A stretch of DNA of 64,000 bases from Octopus sinensis (GCF_006345805.1 NC_042997.1:179118001-179182000); one strand, 5' to 3'. Shown: positions 39,900 to 53,801, counted from the stretch's first letter. Notes: generated by a model from the letters alone, not told the origin. Made by a program: numbers and translations.

Positions 39900-40950
39900 T
39901 CAGACATGTTAAAGAGCTGGTTTATTTAATCAAAGTATGATCCATGTTTATCTATGACGTTTACGCAACGTTTCTCTATGTCATATATTCCGTGTTTATA
40001 TAAAAAAAATACACTTTTGCTGTGATAAACTATCCGAATGCTTCAATTACGTCTTTTCTATTTTAGAATGTTATATTGCTTATGAAGTGCTCACAATGTG
40101 TAAATGAGTGATGATCAGTGGGAGAGATATCAGGGGAATGGGGAGGATGTTGCAAAATTTCTTATTTCAGGCTTTGCAGCTTTTGGACTGTAGCTTGAAC
40201 GTGCATTGTCGTGGAGCAAAATTGCGCTATCTCTGTTCACTAGTCTGGGTTGCTTCTTTTTTAAATTATCATGCATACAATCAATTTCCTGGCAATACGA
40301 TGTTGCTGTTAGCGTTTCGTTTTTTATGATGCAAAAATAAACGAAGAATAACTCCCTTGGCAGACCACCATACAGTGACAACTAACTTTTTAGGATGTAA
40401 TGGTGGGTTTGGGTAGTGTTTAGGTAACTCTCCTCCAACTAATCACTGTCCTGTTCTGCTGTTGTCAAAGAGTACCTATTTCTCATCACAAATTATGATT
40501 TGATGCAAAATCGGTATTTTTCCAGTCGAGTAAGCTATAAAGAGCACACTTCGAGCAGTCTGTCTTTTCTAAATCTCGTTAAGTTGATGTGGAACAAGCC
40601 TATCTGTTATCGTGACATTTCCAATTTTTTACAGGTGTCCAAAACCAGTTGTGCGAGATGTTTGGAGATTTGATTAAAGTTTCCGAACCTTTGTTCTTGG
40701 ATTTGTTCAACCAACGCATTTAATCCATCATGCCGAACAACTAATTTTAGCCTACCGCTTGATTTATTTTGAAGGCTATCTTGGAACCATCTCTGAACAG
40801 TTCTGATGTCAACAAAACTATTACCGAAGGCTCACTTGATATTCTGTAGAACTTCTGCGGCAGAGTGACCCCGTTTTTACTCATACGAGAAAACCACTCA
40901 ACTTAGTTTGGTTGTTATCAATTTCGTAAATTCCGTTGGTACGAATGTTG
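39900..40950 (-). pseudogene. Degenerate mariner transposase remnant
   Basis: ETLTATSYCQEID...KKQPRLVNRDSAILLHDNAR, then a frameshift to ILQHPPHSPDISPTDHH. Confidence 0.8.
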
Positions 40951-43900
40951 TATACCAATATTGTTAGGAATGAAAAAGAGTCAGGATTAAATGTAAGGTA
41001 TACATAATTGAGTTTTGAAATGACTGAAATAGTAAGAAATTAAAAATGTGGCATTTCATGTGAAACAAATTAATAAATACTCATACGTACAGATATTGGA
41101 ATTACGGCCGGTTTAATTCTGAACTTTCTATGAACTGCAGGATTGCAGTTTCTAAATTTTATGCCGAATTGAATATCCAATGTATGTCATTAAGTACTTG
41201 AGAACATGAATTTGACATTTAAATATAGGCATTAATGATTTTCTTAAACTGAGGATGGGATGGATTGCATACGTAATCTATTCAGGAAAATTTATGGTCG
41301 CAAGCATTGGAACAATTCGTATGTGGTTCGACAAAGTAAATGGCATTATAGTTTATAAATTTACATGTACATAGCGATGAAAAATATCGTACTGGAGAAA
41401 TTTAGATGCAGGCGCGACCAATCTTATATAGGAAGTACATGAAGAACTTCGAAAGATATCCAGTTATATTTCAGGTGACATTAAATAAGCTTCTGAATTA
41501 CAGATAACCAAAATTTATTTTGTTATTTTGGGTCAAGTATGTGCTGAAGAAATGAGATACAGATCTTTGCCTGAATAGAATACTGGTCTGTGGAAGGTAT
41601 CATCTCTCGAAGTAAGAAATTAATTCTCTCGTTACTTATGAATGAAATAAATTATTTGCCAGTCCCCCATTTGTCTACGACACTTAATTATGTCACCCTG
41701 CATAACGTATTTATATATGGAAGTATACACCTTCAGTCACAGATAATGCATATATACATATATGCTGGAAACCATTGCGTGGTGAGAGGATAGAAAAATG
41801 TACTTATTGATAGATTGAATGCTAAGCATAATATTATCGAAGTAATGGAAGGTTCTTTTTCAATGAATCTCTTTAAGGAATGTCTTAAAAGACAATAAAT
41901 TCCAGGTTTTAGAGATGGTAATGTTGGTCTTTTGAAATGATATTATAGTGTATACTTTTACAAGGCTGAAACATTTCCCGTAAGCGTATCTTACATGAGG
42001 AAGAACAAAACTTCCTTTGGTGCCCTGCATTGTGTAATTTGCTTCTGCTTTGCATGGAATCAATATAAATGTATTCACTCGTGGAATCATCATTTAACAT
42101 CTGACGTGCACACCCAGAGTTTAGAATCTTCTGCGTCAATGAAACCAAGGGTCTTGAAGGATAATGATCAGCAATGATGTAAAAGGGCTTTTCAAATGAA
42201 GTAATACTAGCAATTAATATATCTGTTTGCCGGCCTTTAAACGACACAAAAACCTCGGTGCTTACAGTTAGAATGTAATTGAAACTAGTTCTAAACACCA
42301 GCAGGTGTAATAGCAATGCTGCTGCAATACGGAATGGTTTTAATCAGTATGAAGAATGACTAAACTTCAAAGCCAGAGAAATATTTCCCTCATGCTTTTT
42401 CGCATTCTAAAAGTGAACAATAGATTATGCTGAAATGTTGTGTTTACGATTTAACTTTAAATAGTATTTTCCTTTTCTATTTTCTGTACAATTTTATTTT
42501 TACTTGAGCGATGACTGAATCAGATACTTTTCCCTTGATCAGCCCTAGGCAGGTAACATCCTAATCATGATAAAGCAGCGCTGGCTTTCTTTGTTTTATT
42601 TTAACTACAGTTCAATCAAACCGTGAATAGTTGTAAGACGACTGACTATACGATGTCAGTAGTGGTAATGGAGATAGAAGCAATAATGATGCTCTTGGCA
42701 GTGATTAATTGAACAGCTTTCCTGGAACGTCATTCCTGAAAATAATATAGTGAATCCTTTAAATAATTTTTTTCTTTCTTCTTGCTTCTTCTATTAGCAC
42801 AGCACGTCGTTTCAAATTTAAATCAAATTCACGGAGCAAGAATGCTGATTCCTTGATAGACCATTACCCTGGAAATATTACTGGACTACGTTAGCTCACA
42901 ATTATTGATTTCTTACTTACACATAAGACAGATTCTTATTATTATCCAATCGATCCCAAATAGATAACTGGTAGATATTTAATTTATTTCGGGAGAAATA
43001 ATTATATACTTGACCAGGTGGTATTGGAGCAAACAAGAAACTTATTTTTGCTTAAAATGTTTACCTTTGTGCTATGTTATTAACTGCTCAAACTTAACGC
43101 AGAGATTATTAAATCTGTAGGCTTCGATAATGCGATTAAATTCAATGTTCAAAATTCTAAATGATGCAGCGTTTCTATTAAAAGGTGTATTTTCAATATT
43201 TCCCAAGTCAACATGGACAATTGACCAATATTAATAAATGTATTTATAGTTACTCAAATTTCAGTTCGATCTTCTTGTTCCATATATTTGTTCAGAATTA
43301 GTTTCTTTTAGTGTTTTGTTTTGGGTCGTACCACGAGAGTGTACAATCCTTATATTCAGCAATCTGTTCTAAAAAAACTTTATGTTTAATCTATAAATTT
43401 TAAGTTTACTCATAAATATGAAATGCTTTATAATTAGCATACAAGAATAATGCATGCATTTTGCGGCAAGAAGTATTATTTACTGGTAGTGAAGAGAAGC
43501 ATATTAAGATTTATAGATAAACAAACTAGAATTATGCTTCTATTAATATCTTTATCTCTTTACTGAAGGTTGGTAAACAGAATTGAACATCATTAATTTT
43601 GAAATAATACTAGTTAAACAGCCCTCCTGCATTTTTTACTAAATCATTTGTGGCGAGAATTCCCACCATAGTCTTAATAACAACAAAATTTTGAAGTAGG
43701 ACACAAATCGCCATCAAATTAAGCAATATCAGACGGACTTGGATCTAACCAATACAAAAACAAACTACAATGGCGAGGACAGCAGCCGCTGCGGCAACAG
43801 TGACGATAACGATATCTCATCAACTCATAATTTCTTTAATAACTGTAATCTGTTCTTATAATCAAACAGCGACTGCTTATGATATGAAAATAATTCTGTA

Positions 43901-44289
43901 TCATGAAATATTTTCCATTCATCTCAAACATGCCTAACTAACTCGGATTGTACCATAAATCTCCCTGTAAATAGTAAAAATTGAACAGAAGGATACCTAG
44001 AGTATAAGTGGATAAATGATACTAGATCGTTGTCAGTGTTTTGAATTGATTAAGGTTGAAGTTGACAACAAATGTTTTTGAAGTTCTATCTGACGTCACA
44101 TATGAATATTATCTGCCTTTGTTGAATGATCGTGGTCTTAAAATGTTTCAGATGGATATTTAAGAAGACGTATGGAAATTAGCACATCAATAACGTTGTT
44201 CAGCGTGAAGATATTGTTTCACAACCAGCATTTAAAATATAAAACTGAAAAGAAAGATAATAAATTATTAATACTTGTGAAGAGATATC

Positions 44290-44446
44290 TTTTGCCTTTT
44301 AGCCATGCTGCAGCCGCGGTCTAAAGAATATTTAGTCGAAGGAATCGACTTATTTTAAAACCCTACTATCATTCTATCGGTGGCGGTAAACAAACACAGG
44401 CAAAAAGATACACAAACATACACACACACGCACACACACATATTTA

Positions 44447-44484
<38 letters not shown>

Positions 44485-44647
44485 TTACGGGCTTCTTTCA
44501 GTTTCCGTCTACCAAATCCACTCACAAACTTTGTTCGGACGAACCGAGACTATAGTGGAAAATACACGCTGAAAGTGTCACGCAGTGGAACTGAACCTGG
44601 AACCATGTGATTGGGAAGCAAACCTCTCACCACACAGCCACGCCTGC
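44290..44647 (-). mobile_element. SINE family A, diverged copy with a partly deleted tail
   Basis: GGGCTTCTTTCAGTTTCCGTCTACCAAATCCACTCACAAA...CGCAGTGGAACTGAACCTGGAACCATGTG. Confidence 0.75.
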
Positions 44648-45361
44648 AACTGCATGGTGAGAAATATGCGAAACAAAAATGAAGATGGAGAGGGGGGAAA
44701 AACATATGGAAAGAAGTGAGGAAGTCAGAAGTAAAGAGGGAATGAAGAAATAAAGCGAACGAAGATTGAATGAGAAATTCCATAACTGAAACTTATAAAA
44801 AAACGAAAGTTAGAGAGATATTTGCCAGAATATTTAATGTGCTTAATAAGATTTTTTTGGTTGAAACCAGTAGTGAACACAATCAACAGTATGTTTGAGA
44901 TGATTCTCACCAAAACTGAAATTTCTAATTGTAACTATTTCATTAAACTTGCATTTTCATTTTCCTCCTGTAACAAATGAAAGACGAATAATCGCAGTTT
45001 CCACACTATCGCAATCCTATTTTTAAATTCTCTGTTTAGAATAGAGTATGCTTGAGATAATAAAGCATTAGATTCATCTTCCTCCGTTTCTGGTTTCAAA
45101 TCAAAAAGCTTCAGTTTAACATTTGATCCACTTCAGTTGCCAACTGGGTGGAATGATATTTTGATTAAAATCTGTTCATTATAAAAAAAATGCATTTCTT
45201 TATAAATAAGTGTTCTGTATTTTAATACTTCATTGCATAGATTGATTATCAGGTACTATATTATCCTCTGTATCGTTAATTCATATAAACGGGCCAAACA
45301 GAAAATGTTACACACACACATACATAACTTCATAGATACATAGCTACATATATATATATAC

Positions 45362-45442
45362 CTACATACGTACGTACGTACGTACGTACGTACATACATA
45401 CATACATACATACATGCATACATACATACATACATACATACA

Positions 45443-45490
<48 letters not shown>

Positions 45491-45492
45491 CA
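45362..45492. repeat. (TACG)n/(TACA)n/(TA)n microsatellite
   Basis: Direct tandem repeat. Confidence 0.93.
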
Positions 45493-45602
45493 TTTGTTAA
45501 AAAACATTTAAATAATGAGGGAGATAAATTGAATATTAATTTAATTAATATCAATTTAAAACCAGTAGCCTAGCATACAAAAATTTGAAAAATCAGAGAA
45601 AA

Positions 45603-45786
45603 TTCTAATACATGTGTCTATTTTAAGAGCTAAAAAACACTATGTGGACAACCATATGCTAGAAATAGATCACCTACGATCAAACTACAAAGAAAGCATG
45701 TTTTCTAGAGAAGATTCAGCGGTGTCCACTGAACTTTCTCAAGAGAACAGTGGTTTTTAGCCCTTAGAATATACGCATTTGTTAAA
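45603..45786. mobile_element. Possible degenerate MITE
   Basis: ~40 bp imperfect terminal inverted repeats (TTCTAATACATGTGTCTATTTTAAGAGCTAAAAAACACT versus AGTGGTTTTTAGCCCTTAGAATATACGCATTTGTTAAAA). Confidence 0.4.
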
Positions 45787-46307
45787 AAAGATATCCGCTA
45801 TATACACTGTATCCACTATATCGGAAATCTACAATAGAACCGTAGTTCCATTAGTCCAGTCTCGGAACCCTGGTAATCCGTTGCAGCACTTACCCAGCAT
45901 ACGTATCCGTTTATATCACCTGTGATCTAAACCCCCATATTTTGTATATATATATATATATGTGTGTGTGTGGGGGGGGGGTTAAGTATGTATTTGTGGT
46001 CAGTTCGGTGGTGGTAAAGAGAACCGGAACGAAATGTGGGGTAAAGCTATAACACTTTCGTGGATGGAAAGATGAGTTGCCTCATATGGTTCGATGTCTG
46101 CAATGGCTGAAGTGACTGAGCAGTTTGTGTGTGTGTTTAAGTGTCTCTTGTACTGCACTGTTTTAGACTGCCGCACTATGCTATTTACAGTCATTACGTT
46201 AAATTATGAGCAGTAGTATAGCTACAGCACGTGCTAAAACTAGGAGTTACCTCTCTTTCTCTCTTTTGTCTGTCTATGTATGTATGTATCTATATATATA
46301 TATCTCC

Positions 46308-46344
<37 letters not shown>

Positions 46345-46522
46345 CACTCGAGTAAGAACATAAATGTGAAATAAGTTGGGAAAAAATAGTACTCGAATAC
46401 CGGAGGTAGAATAATATACTGTTTTGTTAAGGCAGCAAAAACATCACAAAAAGATCATATAACCTGCAGTTTTTGTGATATTTTTGCACCTGTAATAATG
46501 AACGATGTGTATATATATATGA

Positions 46523-46553
<31 letters not shown>

Positions 46554-47990
46554 TGTGCGTGTATGTGTGTGTGTGTGTATGTATGTGTATAAAGGTGTGT
46601 GTGCATATACAGATAGGCACATACAAGTCTCTCACGAGACATATATATATCAGAATATAAGTATGACAAGTATTTATTATTAAATAAATTGAAATTAATT
46701 TTGTAGCCTATACATATGTTTAAAGAAAATAACCTTAAACACAATCAGTGTAAAAAGCATAAATTCTTCTGAAATATTATATTTCTTATAGGATGTGATA
46801 TTTAATGCATTGGCATGATGTCTATTTTGGCTAGTATATTAGTTATCGTATAAATGTAATGCATTTAAACTTTATTTTGTAATTGTTTTCACTGTTTCTT
46901 GTAGTTCGATTACTTTTGCTTCTTTCGTCCTATAGTGAAAGATCGATTAAATCATTAAGAAATATAATTTTAACGAGGAAAAGCAAGAAATTTGCAGAGA
47001 CAATATGTGAAATGTAGAGAAGCACTTCTTATATTTTCAGTTATAAGTATACACCGAATGCATTCACGGACACATGCATGCATACATGGACGTAGACACA
47101 CATACGCATATACAATACATATATGAGAAATCTTTGATATATCTCATTATGTGCATTGTTTTGTACTTTAGAAAAAGCTTTCTTTCTGTAGTCTCGTCTT
47201 TTTTTTTTTCAGCGAAACGACTGTCTCTCTAACAGACGCGCAAAGCTCCATTATCGATCTCTTGTTTTTTGTTTTTTGCTTTTATTTAATGTTTTGCATA
47301 ATAGTAAATCAAATAGAATTAACAAAAACAAAGAATAATATAAGGAAATCGTTATAAAAAGCAATCAAAGAATAAATATTATGTGAAACAAAAATACCTA
47401 CTGGTTTGCTGATTCCATGCTATGAACGAAATATTGACCAATGTTGTGATTTACAATATTTACACAATTAGCACCTAATAATATAACTCGCGAAAACATA
47501 TTCTATACAATCGCAAGCCTTTATGGCAGTATAACCCAGACGTCACATATATTCGATGCTGTTAATACGTAGTTTTATAATACAATATATACGACTGGCA
47601 TTCTAAACAACTACTAACCTTAATCATAATATAAGCAAACTGACATATATTTTTATACAAGTCCCGCGCGGCATATGTTCTAAGCAATCGCCAACACATT
47701 CTGCTCTATAGCTACACACAATAGTTATGAAACTAGTAGACATGTGGCCTGTTGCTGCTGGAAGGCAAACTTGTTTATGTTAATCTACTCCACCTAGGTC
47801 GACTGGGCCACATCCAATCACAGAAATGTCATTGATGATATTTTGCAAACCATTCATGAAAATGTATTTTAAAACGTTATACAATCTACACAATATATGT
47901 CTACGGAAATCCCTTCCAATATTATAAGAGTCTTGTTGATATCCATTCTATATGATGTTTTACTCAATACTATTCCATAGCTTGAAGAAA

Positions 47991-48534
47991 ATTGGGTTGT
48001 CCGGAAAGTTCGTGCCGATTTATAATACCTTACCTTTCGATTTAGTTTAGAACATGGTTGAGCCCATAAAATAGAATTTGACTACACCTCCATTTAGAGC
48101 ACAGTTTATGCTATGTTTTCGTGGAAGAAGGTGTATGTTCTTATAACCTGTGTTAATTTTGTAACCCTTTAAAATGGAAGATAAGAAATTCATTTCCAGC
48201 AATTGATGCTTTAGGAACCAGAAAAAAATTGCTGCAGCTCGACTGGGATGTGTTACCCCACCCTCCGTATTCACCAGATATTGCTCCTTCGGATTACCAC
48301 TTATTCGGGTCTCTGCAGAATAGTTTTAATGGTAACAATTTCAATTCCTTATGACTTCTTTGCCATGAAACCACCTCAATTCTGGGAAGGAGGTATTTTC
48401 AAGTTAAAGCCAAGATGGATACGTATTGGGCAACTCAATGGTTCATATTTGATTGATTAAAAGTGTAATGCCAAGTAGTTATTGACCTTTTTCTTTCCTT
48501 TAAAATTGGCACGTACTTTCCGGAGAACCCAATA
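47991..48534 (+). mobile_element. Internally deleted non-autonomous mariner element with both TIRs
   Basis: Left TIR ATTGGGTTGTCCGGAAAGTTCGTGCCGATTT and right TIR AAATTGGCACGTACTTTCCGGAGAACCCAAT followed by A (TA target). The inside fuses MEDKK.. to the WDVLPHPPYSPDIAPSDYHLF-like motif. Confidence 0.85.
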
Positions 48535-49289
48535 TTTTACACTATTGTTACAGGCAACATATTTTACATAGTCACCACATATTGGAATACTGTTTACAAG
48601 ACATATTCTGCCCAACCATGAACTTTTTAAATAACTAATTCACATACCTCACAATCTATACAGTCACTTCATAATATAAATTTTTGAAGTCATTTCCTAT
48701 GTTTGTCATTGAATTTTATAATCGGGTCATTCAAAGTCGCGAACAAAATCGGCGCCATGAAGTTAGTCATTCGAATTCGCTTTTCGATCCTTCAATTTCG
48801 CACTTTGATCAAACAATTTAACAATTACATCATTCAAATTTAAATGCTAGGAATTGTCTTTTCGTGCGTTTCGGAGCAATCTATTTAACACTTCGAGCAA
48901 TCAAATTAGCACGATAGCTGTTTTGGTTTCATCTCATGATCATTGTTTTCATAATCATGTGTTTTCATCCATTGTTTACGCTTTAAGCACTGTATCGTTC
49001 CCATGTCTTTTCTATATATTTTCTTTATTTTTGCATAGGCAGATGTATTTATTTTTAAAGACTTCATGAAATTGCGTTCCAGCCTTTTCAATCTTTTTAA
49101 AGAAACTCACAATTACAACAACTGCTCATTTTCTTTGATTTTGAATACAATATGATATGATGTGTGTTCTTCCCTTGCATAATATGTCTTGTTGAGAAAA
49201 GTATATATTTCTTTGATTTTACATTTTTCCTTCATCGAGGTAAGCTTCTATGTACACTAAGATAATGATTGATTTACAGTCTTGATCAG

Positions 49290-49860
49290 GAGAGTTCGTT
49301 TGAAAGGATTTTGCTGTTTACTTTCTGGCGGTCATGGCATCTCTGGAGTTAAGTCTGGGCGTGTCTATACCAACAAACAGAATTTTCTGGAGTGATAGCG
49401 TCGATGTTACACCTTGCGACTTGTTGTATTACACGTACTCACCATTCTTCCATGGTCATGCCGGCTTCCTCTGCAGCTTCCCGGTCGCCAACCCTTTGCT
49501 GCAACTCAGCTCGAGTGAAGTCCCGCTTGACAGCCACCTTAAAGGTAGAATGCGCCATTTCCGTACAATTAAGAAACGGTGAGTATGGAGGCAGAAGTCT
49601 CAAGCTAATTCGGGCTCGGTGTGAGCTGGGAGCTCGGAACTAACGTGTCACCGCGCTTTGTCGTAGATGAAGTAGACGGATTCATCTACTGGGAACATGT
49701 CGGCACACACTCGAACTGATCACACCAAAAACTCCTCGAAAGAGTTTCGTGTAGTGGAATTGTTCGCAATGGAGTGGTGAATCAGGCCGATTTATCCCGA
49801 CACCGCGTGGCTCCATGATTGCAAGCTGGTTTAAGAGAAAGAGCTATAATATGTAACTGA
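49290..49860 (-). pseudogene. Tc1/IS630-like DD(~34)E transposase C-terminal remnant
   Basis: GLIHHSIA...FEEFL...VYFIYDKAR*H...LLPPYSPFLNCTEMAHSTFK...ITPENSVCWYRH. The LPPYSPFLN motif is at 49568-49594; several stops and one frameshift. Confidence 0.8.
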
Positions 49861-49900
49861 TACCGACCGGTAACGAATGTTGCAATGAAAAAAGACTTCG

Positions 49901-51240
49901 TTTTTTTATTGTCCATACGGACTAACAAAGAGGGGACAATACAACACACGTGGGGACATAGATCGAATGAGAAAAATGAAAGACGTATGATGCAATGAAA
50001 AATTGAAAATGAGAACTGAAAATGAATTCACTCCCCCCCCCAAGTAACATCACTTACTTGCCTCTACCTCTGTGTTCCATTATATTCAGTCCATAGTGTA
50101 TGCTTAGTTCCTTATATCCTATAGATTTTGGCAATTTATTCATGTCATAGTTCACTTTCCATACCTCGCATTCTCCTTTGTATCCTTTTATATCTTTCGT
50201 TTGATGTTCAGTTATTAATAAGCATGTATGTTCACCGCCTATACACTCCTTATCCTCTACTCCAACATATACTGAATTTTCTCATCCTAACACTGTTTCG
50301 ACCAGTTCATCATTTGCTTCCTCATACAACACACGCATGAAAACCTGTGGGAGTGGAAGTTTGTGAATTCCTGTGTGTAAGATCGCTTCTTTTTTTGTTT
50401 TTGCATTGGAGGAGAGTCTGCAGGTTGTGGGGGGACGAAGAGGTTATGGGTAGGCATTGAATAGTTGTGGGTTGGGGTTCTGCATGCGTTGGGCTTAACT
50501 TCTGCTTCCTTTTTATCTTTATCTGGTGGTTTCCCATTCTTTCTCTGTTGTTTCTTCTTCCGCTTCTACTGGTACCATTCTATATTCTTTTAGTCCTTCC
50601 TGGCGTTCCTCTAGTGGCTTCTCCTGGGATTCTTCCTCTTGAGGTCTTTTAGGTTCTTTGATCGGTGGAGAGCATTTCGCTCTTACGTTGCTCTTTAGAC
50701 CACATTTAAAACAGCGAGGGATTCTGCCCTCCGCCCACAATCTCAAGCTTATGTGTCCTACAGTCACTGTCTCCGTTATATTTTATAGGTATCTGCCACA
50801 AACTGAATAAGTTCCAATGATTTTCTTTTCCACATCCGCTCTTCCGTTTCCGTGGCTTATAGAACGGCCTCCTTCTCCTCACTTCCAAGACGGACAGCCG
50901 CCGCAACACAAGCCACATCTATGTCTGGCGGAATTTCCTCTAACCTGATCTTGGATGTCCTACTTCAAAGATACATAAGTAGACGGATTACTTTATCCGA
51001 TTTCACCGTCTTGAACTGGGCTACTACCGATCCATATTTGTTTTCTTTTGTTAAAAACGCCATATCTTTTGATACCGCACACAACGCCTTCTCGATTATT
51101 TCTCTTCTACCTGGTCTACCTTTTTCTGTTCCACTGAATAAACTTTTCATACAATCCTTTTTTTCCTCATATCCTCCATAACTTTCTGTGGAGGCGACAA
51201 CTTTATGTCACCACCTAATTTCTGTACCATTTTTTGAAAT
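49901..51240 (-). mobile_element. ORF1-only (gag-like zinc knuckle) non-LTR element with poly(A) signal, pseudogenised
   Basis: Broken ORF from an ATG at 51230 to ~50322 (EIIEKALC...KYGSVVAQFKT; RTSKIRLEEIPPDID; LWAEGRIPRCFKCGLKSNVRAKC at 50672-50713; acidic/basic tail). It is followed by ~420 bp of non-coding sequence ending in AATAAA plus an A run (+ strand TTTTTTTATT at 49901-49910). Confidence 0.65.
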
Positions 51241-51399
51241 TTACAATGAAAATGCTAAACCATGTTGTATGTCAGAATAATTTTAAAAATAGAAACAGTA
51301 AAATATTTAAATCCCATTACTTATACTCAGAAGGATCGACCAAACCAAATGCCCATTTTCGGAGAGTACTATCAACAATAAAATAAATACAGATCTAAA

Positions 51400-53800
51400 T
51401 AAATGCAAACCTTGCCATTTTACAGGTCATGAAAACAGTTACGAATATCAATATCACCAGGACAAACCAAATAATCTATGTAGCAGCCACAGTATTTCAT
51501 GAAAATCTCTCACGTAGAGGAATATATTCATGCAAAGATACACTTGAAAGAGAAACATAAAATGAAAGACAGAAATAAAATAAAAAAAAGTACAGGGTCT
51601 TTAATAAAATCACCATCGAAGCGACAGAAATGTAAAAACTGAAAGTAAGACAAATATTACAGACATCCAACTTAAGTTGAAATAAATGGTGATAAAAAAA
51701 AAACAGCAGAATTTTCTGATATCAAAAGAAGCTTAAAACAACAGATACCACTAAATCGAAGAAAAAAGAATCCCCAAAATGTCTATAACTTCATTTTGAT
51801 CTATCCAAACGTTCGCTTCTAACATAAAATGATATTACTAAGAACTAAGGAAAATCAAAACACAAGACAATGCCGTACAAATAACAAGGGGAAGATATTT
51901 GGAGAGTTGCTGGGTGAGGATTTAAGTCAAATAACAGATCGACACTACCAAGAATATTCGAAAAAAAAACCATGCAAGATCAGAATAAACGTAGGAAGAA
52001 TTTAGCAGCCTAAACCGAATCCAAGATAGGGAAAAAATTGAGAAGCATCCGGAAATTATCCCATTTCAAAATTCTAGCTAAAGGCACGTACATAGGGCTT
52101 ACAAAAGCACTGAGTGAGTTACAGAAAGAGCCAAGAAAAAAACTGAATAAGACATCAGAAACAACATCCGGAAAACTCACTGAAATACAATTTTAATCCC
52201 AAAGACTTCCAAAAGAGCAAACCGCATAATCTACAGGCCGATAACTCGATTCGCTGTATTATACAAACGCATGGATCCCATTTTAACCAAATAATAAATG
52301 TTGGCAATAGATAATGGTGAAACAAATCATGCAAATACATTTCCAGATAAACAGAGTATATGTCAAAGATACGCAGTTAGAAAGATCTGTTAATGATATA
52401 AGTTTCGTGCATACTTGAAAATTAGCTAGTTTTTTTAACAAAGCCCCAAACTGTCTTTCAGTAACGTTTCAAACAGTCATTAATATATTCAGTCAAATGT
52501 TTAAAGTAGATTAAAAGTTGAAAGGTATAGCTATTTTACCTGTTCCAATTATAGTCTATAATCTTATTTTATTTGACAAGAAGACAAGAAAACAAGAAAA
52601 CTAACATTTAAATGAGCCAACCAAAATCTGACAAAAATCTACATTTTCCCAAAAAATGCAAAGAACGATGGATCTTCCGTAACGAGGACATTATCATGAA
52701 AGACTATAATGTAAAAACGTGTACATATAACCCTAGTAGAGACTAAACGGAATGTAATACAAACACATAAGACCTAACACGAAAAAGTCTTTCCCGTTTT
52801 CAGAGGCAACAACTATTCAACAGATGTGAGGATCATGATAAGTTGTGGGGAGTGTGAAGAAAGGACATCAGAAACTATTGACTATCTAAAAAGTAAGTTG
52901 CAGCTTTGATTAAAACACGCATAAACAAGCCATTAGTAAGGATACTATATTTCTTTCCTGATATCTATATATTTATCTATCTATTTAATTATCTGTAGCT
53001 TTGAAAATATGTATACATGTGACCCAATCGCACACACATGGACACACACGCTCATATATATGTATACATATATGCAGAAGTCGAAAGAAAGATGCTTTGG
53101 TTCTGTCTGCGGAGCGTATGACTCAAAGATGAAATATACGGATTTATATTTAAAGCACAAGACCTTGTCTTTCTCACCAGAAGCAGCTAAATACACAAGG
53201 AAACCAGCCATATTGTTTCTGGCAGGCTGCCCAGCTCAAGGAAGATGTTGTCATTTCTATATGCCAGTATTATGAAAAGCAACCAAATTGAATATATGGT
53301 ACATATGTACTTCATAAAATGTTCCAGGGAAAGATCATGTGACCTTACTTAGGAATAAGCTGATCTAGAAAGTCAAGCAGATTAAGATAAACCATCCAGA
53401 TACGATTATCAAAAGCCATTAGGAAAAGAGATGTTTCCTAATTGGTGTGTCAACTTGAAAGGATAGTAACATATATTCAAAATAAATAGAGCAGTTTTCC
53501 AATTAAAAGTATATAACCAGGAACAATAAACATCATAATACGTGCCTGTGGAATGGCAACAAAGAAAAAAAACGCACATAAAAAGGTATACGGCCACATT
53601 TACCTACGTAAGCAACTTGTAGAAAATAACACTTCTAAGTTATTGAACAGATATTATAGAACGTTGTTGTTTTTCACTAATAAAAAAAGATAAAGATTAC
53701 AGAACTAAACGCAGCACGTATCCATGGCACACAGGGCATTTTTGGTCTGTGAGGTGAAAGCACGCAAACGCCATTAATACTACTGAAGCAACATTACTGG
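51400..53800 (+). mobile_element. Heavily degenerate, internally deleted R4/Dong-like element ending at (TAA)n
   Basis: IYRPITRFAVLYKRMDPIL (~52230, RT N-terminal motif); GFIFKAQD...SHIVSG (~53140); INHPDTIIK..EKRCFLIGVS (~53390). The 3' UTR (GCACGTATCCATGGCACACAGGGC...GTGAAAGCACGC) matches that of fragment 4 and is followed by (TAA)n. Confidence 0.7.
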
Positions 53801-53801
53801 C

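Noticed and set aside
47205-47240. GCGAAAC-GACT-GTC as a hammerhead 3' half
   Set aside because: No CUGANGA upstream and stem III is not palindromic; better viewed as a possible splice acceptor context.
50270-50330. Minus-strand ATGATGA-ACTGGTC-GAAAC-AGT-GTT as a hammerhead in the ORF1-only element's 3' UTR
   Set aside because: C3 is not conserved, stem II is too short and there is no stem I pairing.
49879-51260. Target-site duplication around the ORF1-only element (TTGCAATGAAAA versus TTACAATGAAAA)
   Set aside because: The match is short, AT-rich and not directly adjacent to both ends.
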